Shown one piece after another: positions 58,973 through 64,000 of a stretch of 64,000 bases of DNA. The stretch lies in assembly GCA_965222375.1 (NCBI GenBank), contig CBDCTZ010000016.1, forward strand, positions 800,001 through 864,000, written 5' to 3'. The position numbers were made by a program, and so were the translations under genes. The stretch is from Polyangiaceae bacterium (GTDB lineage Bacteria > Myxococcota_A > Polyangia > Polyangiales > Polyangiaceae). Each line of letters opens with the position of its first letter. Position 1 is the first letter of the stretch. The notes beneath the pieces were generated by a model, which was not told the DNA's origin, did no database searches, and saw only the letters and a list, made by a program, of their open reading frames with translations.

Positions 58973-59737
58973 GTGACTTTGCGTAGGGCTTGGCTTGCTT
59001 TGGTGCTGGGGTGTGCGCTCGCGGGCGCCGCGGCGTGTGATCTCAATCCGCAACCAGAAGTGCCCAGTGGTGCTGCGGCAGCCGCGGGCGCTGGTGCCTT
59101 CGGTGGCAGCACAGGTACTGGAGGCTTTGGCGGTGGTGCGGGTGGCGGTGCCGGCATCGGCATTGGCGGTACTGCTGCTGGTGGCTCGGGCGCTACGAGC
59201 GGCTCCGGTGGCAGTGCTGGTTCGGCGGGAAGTGGCACCGGTGGCGGCACGGGCGTGTTCGACTGCTTGCCTGCCTGCAAGGCTGGTGAGGTTTGCAATC
59301 TCGGCAAGTGTGTCGATGACCCCTGCGAGCCAAACAACTGCAGTGCAAAACAAGCCTGCAAGCCGAACGCGGACTTCACGGCAGCTGGGTGTTTCGATTC
59401 CTGCGCCAGCGTGAATTGCAGCGCGGGCGAGCAGTGCGACGACGGCAAGTGCGAGGCCACGGGCTGCAGCGTGACTTGCAACCACGACGAGGTTTGCTTG
59501 CCCTTGCCGGACGCGGGATACGCCTGCGTGCCCGACCCCTGTGCGGCCGACGCTGGCCCACTGTGTGGAGCTAACCAAGCGTGTGATCCCATGACGCTCG
59601 CGTGCGTTCCGGATCCTTGCATTGGCGTGAAGTGCCCAGTCGGCCAAGAGTGCAACGCGGGGCAGTGCGTGTTTTCGAGTGACGGCGGGGCAGACGCGGG
59701 AGCCGACTCGGGCAGTACCGACGCTAGCGGCGACTGA
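58973..59737 (+). CDS. Gly-linker Cys-rich lipoprotein
   Basis: Lipobox AAAC-DLNPQPEVP; repeated DPC..V.C..G..C..G.C modules; start approximate. Confidence 0.82.
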   Translation: MTLRRAWLALVLGCALAGAAACDLNPQPEVPSGAAAAAGAGAFGGSTGTGGFGGGAGGGAGIGIGGTAAGGSGATSGSGGSAGSAGSGTGGGTGVFDCLPACKAGEVCNLGKCVDDPCEPNNCSAKQACKPNADFTAAGCFDSCASVNCSAGEQCDDGKCEATGCSVTCNHDEVCLPLPDAGYACVPDPCAADAGPLCGANQACDPMTLACVPDPCIGVKCPVGQECNAGQCVFSSDGGADAGADSGSTDASGD

Positions 59738-59821
59738 GCCAGAGTTCAGGCGCGGCAGCGAACTCGCGTTGCGGTTTTCGACCGCCCGAGGTATTCGAAG
59801 CCCTCCGTGAAAGGGACTCAG

Positions 59822-60550
59822 ATGCTCAACCGCACTCGCCTGACGACAACCGCAGCTGCCGCAACACTGTTCATCGCTCTCTTCGCCTGCAAGAAGAAGT
59901 CAGCGCCGAGCCCGAGCACGACGTCCACGACGGGCACCACGACTTCAGCCGGCGCCGACCTTTCCGGCAACTACAACATCACCGCAGCGTCGAACCCTGG
60001 TGGTGGCGGTGGCTACAAAGGTAGCGTCGACATCGCCAGTGCGGCTGATGCCTACACCTTGAAGTGGAACCTGTCCGGCCAGCCCGGCTACACCGGCGTT
60101 GGCATCGACCAAGACGGCATCTTGGGTGTCGGCTGGGGAACGGGCAGCAAGTACGGCGTTGTCGTTTACAAGGTCAACGGCGGTACCCTCAATGGCCGCT
60201 GGGCACTCAGCAACGCCACGGCCGGAGTTGGCACCGAAACCGCGGTCGGCCCCGAGGGCCTCAACGGCGCCTACAAGGTCGAAGGCAAGTCGCCCAAGAC
60301 CGGCTCGGACTACAAGGGCACTCTGACGATTACCCCCGCTGGCTCGGTCCACAAGGTGGGTTGGGCGCTCACCAGCGGTGAAAAGTACAGCGGCGTTGGT
60401 ATCCTCGAAGGCTCGACCTTCGTCGTCGGCTGGGGCATCGGTGGCAGCGCCGGAGTCGTGGTGTACACCCGCGCCGGCACCGGACTATCCGGAAAGTGGG
60501 CCATGCCCACTAGCAACAGCCTCGGGAGCGAAACTCTCGCCAGGAACTGA
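59822..60550 (+). CDS. lipoprotein with internally duplicated beta domain
   Basis: Lipobox LFAC; two copies of L.G.Y...YKG..I...W...Y.GVGI...VGWG.G...GVVVY...L.G.W. Confidence 0.8.
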   Translation: MLNRTRLTTTAAAATLFIALFACKKKSAPSPSTTSTTGTTTSAGADLSGNYNITAASNPGGGGGYKGSVDIASAADAYTLKWNLSGQPGYTGVGIDQDGILGVGWGTGSKYGVVVYKVNGGTLNGRWALSNATAGVGTETAVGPEGLNGAYKVEGKSPKTGSDYKGTLTITPAGSVHKVGWALTSGEKYSGVGILEGSTFVVGWGIGGSAGVVVYTRAGTGLSGKWAMPTSNSLGSETLARN

Positions 60551-60710
60551 CCGCCTCCTGCTATTGGTTGAGTGATGACCCATACCAAGCGGCTTTTGCG
60601 CCGCTTGAAGGGTGCCCAGAGTTCGGCTACGTCCGGAGCCCGAAGCGGGAACTCCAGCAATGACGCGGTGAGTACCGTGACTCATCGCGGGGTGACGACT
60701 GCGTTGAGCC

Positions 60711-62841
60711 ATGCCTGAGTACGCCATCTTCCTGACCCCCGTCGAGCCGACGCGCACGCGCCCTGCAGAGACGGTTCGGGCTCACTGCTTGCACTTGGAC
60801 AGGCTAGAGGCTGCGGGCCGCATGATCGCGGCAGGCCCTTTCGACGACGCGGCCGGGGGCGGGATGGTCATTGGGAGTTTCCCGAATAGTGACGAGGCAT
60901 TGAAGTTCGCGCAAGCGGACCCATTCGTGCTGGGCGGCTACAGTCAGGTCCAGATTCGCCCCTGGCAATGGAGTCATCGAGAAAACGGACACCTCGGGCT
61001 GGTCGAGCCCACACCCGGGGTTCACCCGCGCTTTCTGGACACTCTGCGTTTGCGCGCGACAGCGAGGGAGTTCTCAGGGCAAGCGCTCGATCCCTCGGTG
61101 GTGCATTCTCTGCTCTCTTCGGCTGTAGCTGCGCCATCGGAATTCAACCTCCAACCCTGGCGACCCATCGTTTGCCACGCCATCGAAGACCGTCGGCGCC
61201 TCCAGCGGTGTTGCCTCGACCAGCGACAAGTTGCGGCAGCAGCCGTGGCCGTCGTATGTGCCGTAGACCTTCGTGTCTTCGAGGAAGAGCTGCCGCGGGC
61301 GGTGGATGAGCTGATCGCGCGAGGGAGGTACGATCCAGAGCAGCGAGACGCGGCGATTGCGCACATGCGCTCCTGCTACGCCGAGCCTCGCGACGCGGCG
61401 ATTCGTAACGGAACCATCTTCGGGCACCAACTCCTGCTTGGGGGCATCAGCCGGGGCCTTGCGGGATTCTGGCTCGGTGGCTTCGACGAAGTGGCCCTAC
61501 GCGCGGAATTCTGCCTCCCAGAATGCACCATCGTGGCGGGCGTGGTCGGACTTGGTTGGGCGAAGGCGCGAGGCGAGCCGATGCCTCGCCAACCTGTCGA
61601 ACGCATTGTGGGATGGGGTCGGTGCGCCAGGCAAAGCCTGGATGAGGAGGAGGTCAACTAGAGGAAAGTAGAAAGAAACCTCATGCTGGGACCTCGCGGG
61701 TGACAAGTCCCGCCCGGCCAAGGTGGACCACCAACCGGAAGCGAGTCTTGCGTGGCCGTACGACCGCGAAAGCGGGAAGGAAAGCTGCGAAGCGTAGACA
61801 GCCAGCGTGTGGGCCGTGTGATTGAGCCCCGAAAGAACCTAGATGTGGGTGCCGACGCCGTCGACCCAGAGCGGAAGGCAACATCGCTGCAGAAGAGAGT
61901 AGGGCAGCCAGCCCGAATGGTCCGATGGAATGCAGCGGACCCACCGGGGTCGATGAGCAAGGCACGCGCGCCAAGGTCCCCCAGGAACCTGGGAAATCCC
62001 GTCGTCTCCTTTCGCAAGGAAGGTACTGCCGATCGAAGGAATACGAAGTGACGCAGGACGGGCGGCGAGAAGGCCGAGCGCTCCATAGTAGCCGTCGAAG
62101 CAGGGGAAGTGTCCAAGCGACCCTGTGGAGGGAAGGGAGTGCCACACAACGGAACCGTTAGGAGAGAAAGATGTCGGAGAGACCAAGCTCCACAAGTGTC
62201 TCAACAAGACTCGAACGGATAGCAGAGCTGGCGAAGCAAATGCCCAGGGTAGCGTTAACGTCGCTGTCCCCTCACATCGATATCGAATGGTTGCGCGAAG
62301 CGCATGAGCGCACGCGCAAGGGTGGCGCCCAGGGCGTCGACGGACAGACCGCGGCAGAGTATGCGGAAAACCTGGAGGAAAACCTCCAGTCGCTTGGGTG
62401 GTGAGGCAGAAGACCGCCAAGGACCGCTTGAGCCGTGCGCTAGCGCGCATCAACAAGTGGTGCCAACGCTGCCGACACGACCCAATTCAAGAGCAGTGCG
62501 AGATGCTGAGGAAGAAGTTGAAAGGTCACTTCGACTATTACGGAATCACCGGAAACTCGAAAGCGATTGGACACTTCCGACACTGGGTCATCCGTCTGTG
62601 GCGCAAATGGCTCGACCGCCGCTCTTGGCGATCGCGCATGAACTGGCCGAAGATGAAATGCCTGCTGAAGCGATATCCGCTCCAGCTAGCGCGAATTCGA
62701 CGATCAGCGCGCAAACTAAACGTAGCGAATCCGTAGTGTGAGGAGCCGGATGCGGTAGTCCCGCACGTCCGGATCTGTGGGAGGCCTGGAAGGGAAACCG
62801 ACCAGGCCCACCCGAGCTGGCCTGATTCACGAGATTCGTGA
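60711..62841 (+). CDS. YciI-nitroreductase fusion, interrupted near its 3' end by a group II intron (exons 60711-61621 and 62817-62841; unspliced ORF ends at 61661)
   Basis: YciI: HCLHL, AAGP, ADPF, IRPW; nitroreductase: [23 protein letters not shown]; spliced end IVGWGRWPDSRDS*. Confidence 0.85.
61622..62816 (+). mobile_element. group II intron (bacterial class E-like), RT core deleted
   Basis: 5' GTGCG; EBS1 CGACCC at 61862-61867 complementary to IBS1 GGGTCG at 61616-61621; domain V 62743-62775 with AGC triad; domain VI with bulged A at 62810. Confidence 0.92.
62171..62736 (+). pseudogene. ltrA: intron-encoded RT/maturase remnant (RT0 joined out of frame to domain X)
   Basis: N-terminal RIAELAK...GAQGVDGQT...NLEENL; C-terminal KTAKDRL...[13 protein letters not shown]...WRKWLDRRS; no YADD or RT1-7; junction near 62395. 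Confidence 0.9.
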
Positions 62842-62898
62842 AGCTGTGGCAGGCGACGCGGAGGCATTGGCGTGCGCAGCCCTACACGCCGGCTTGGA

Positions 62899-63138
62899 TC
62901 ACGCTTCCACCGAGCTTTTGCGTGAGCTCGTCGCCGTTGGTGTGTTGAACAGCTCGAGCTGGCCGCAGCCGCGACAGGTCAGGACGGTGACCTGCAGGAA
63001 GAGGTTCGGCAGGTTCTTTCGAGCCATCACGCCCATCAACTGGGGGGGTTGACCGATGTCGATACCGGCGCGCTGAATGCAAAGGAATTCACGCCCGCCG
63101 CAGTAGGGGCAAGCACGTAGCCGTTGGTCGACGCTCAT
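62899..63138 (-). CDS. small Zn-ribbon protein
   Basis: CPYCGG...CRGCG; GGAG RBS-like motif upstream. Confidence 0.6.
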   Translation of the reverse strand: MSVDQRLRACPYCGGREFLCIQRAGIDIGQPPQLMGVMARKNLPNLFLQVTVLTCRGCGQLELFNTPTATSSRKSSVEA

Positions 63139-63228
63139 GGTCAGCTCCCTGTCTATTCGCTGGCCCATGGGACGGCAGCGTGACAAGCAAGCACATCGAA
63201 GCCACCTGCGGGTGCAAGGGGCCTCGCA

Positions 63229-64000
63229 GCCGCGACGGCAGGGTCAGGTGGCTCCGAACAGCTTGACCAAGTTTGCGTTGCCATGGGTGCCCAAGCTCAA
63301 GGGGCCCAACCTCGATCCCGTGTCTGGCAACCAACCCGTGACGGATAGTGAGCGCGTGGCCCACGGCAGCTACCGCTTGACGAGCAGCGTGCCGGTGTCG
63401 GTCTACCAATTCAACGCGCTGCAATACAAATCGAATAGCTCGGATCCAGACAAGGATTGGAGTGCCTGTGGGGCCGGCGGCTGCTTTTCCTTTTCGAACG
63501 ATGCCTCGCTGCTGTTGCCCACCACGGTTTTGACCAGAAATGTAAGGGTGATCGGCTATCCCGTTCGCCAAAGTGGTGGACTCATGTCCTACGTGGCGGT
63601 CACCGGGACTGCGGCGGGACCCAGGTCAAGCTGGAGCTGGGCGCGAGGAGTCACGTTGCTCCGGGCGGTGGAGTGCCTGCAGCGGGTCCGGGCCAGGTGG
63701 TCTCTTTTGCGCTCGCGCGTGGGGAAGTCGTGCAGCTGGTTGGCACGCCGGGATCCGACTTCAGCGGTACTCTGATTCAGGCTGACCACCCTATCCAAGT
63801 CATCTCCGGTGTGCCCTGCATCTTCGTGCCGGAAGATGCCCGACGGCGCCAACATCCGAGTTGATGGTAGCCCGGTGGCAGCGACGCCAATTCCGATCAG
63901 TGGCGGTTACTCCGTGGCGCGCGTCCAGCTCGATGGCGCGAAGACAGCGGCCCACACTCTCGAGAGCGATGTGCCCGTGGGGCTGCAGATCCTGGGATAC
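63229..64000 (+). pseudogene. IgGFc-binding-protein N-terminal-domain gene remnant
   Basis: YRLTSSVPVSVYQFNAL, SNDASLLLP, DFSGTLIQADHPIQVISG, HTLESDVPVGLQILGY spread over three segments with two frame switches; runs off the window. Confidence 0.75.

Noticed and set aside
62171..62736. Retron, DGR or defence-associated reverse transcriptase
   Set aside because: Fragments are RT0 and maturase domain X embedded in group II intron RNA domains; no RT catalytic core, template repeat or msr/msd

Overview
GC-rich, gene-dense bacterial chromosome segment. The content (Ser/Thr kinases, an FHA protein, many Gly/Cys-rich lipoproteins, an MXAN_5187-like protein) points to a myxobacterium, probably Polyangiales-like; this is inference. 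Main blocks: (1) housekeeping and signalling genes (RluA, two Zn-ribbon Ser/Thr kinases, lgt, coaX, HEAT-cyclophilin, pcnB, proB, sppA, UDPGP-family nucleotidyltransferase); (2) a classical menaquinone operon on the minus strand (GbsR-family regulator, DAHP synthase, menG-F-D-H-B-A-C-E), with a degenerate direct-repeat array upstream and a (GCTTTG)10 microsatellite inside menE; (3) a transglutaminase / vWA / membrane protein / HExxH protein cluster; (4) a group II intron at 61622-62816 inserted in the last codons of a YciI-nitroreductase fusion gene. The intron's ribozyme looks intact (EBS1 matches IBS1, domains V and VI present, C-G gamma pair) but its RT core is deleted. Also present: two signal peptidase I homologues and one ABC-ATPase homologue lacking canonical catalytic residues, and several broken genes (S41, S8, MBL, IgGFc-binding). 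No rRNA, tRNA or CRISPR array was found. All calls come from motif recognition by eye; no database searches were run.
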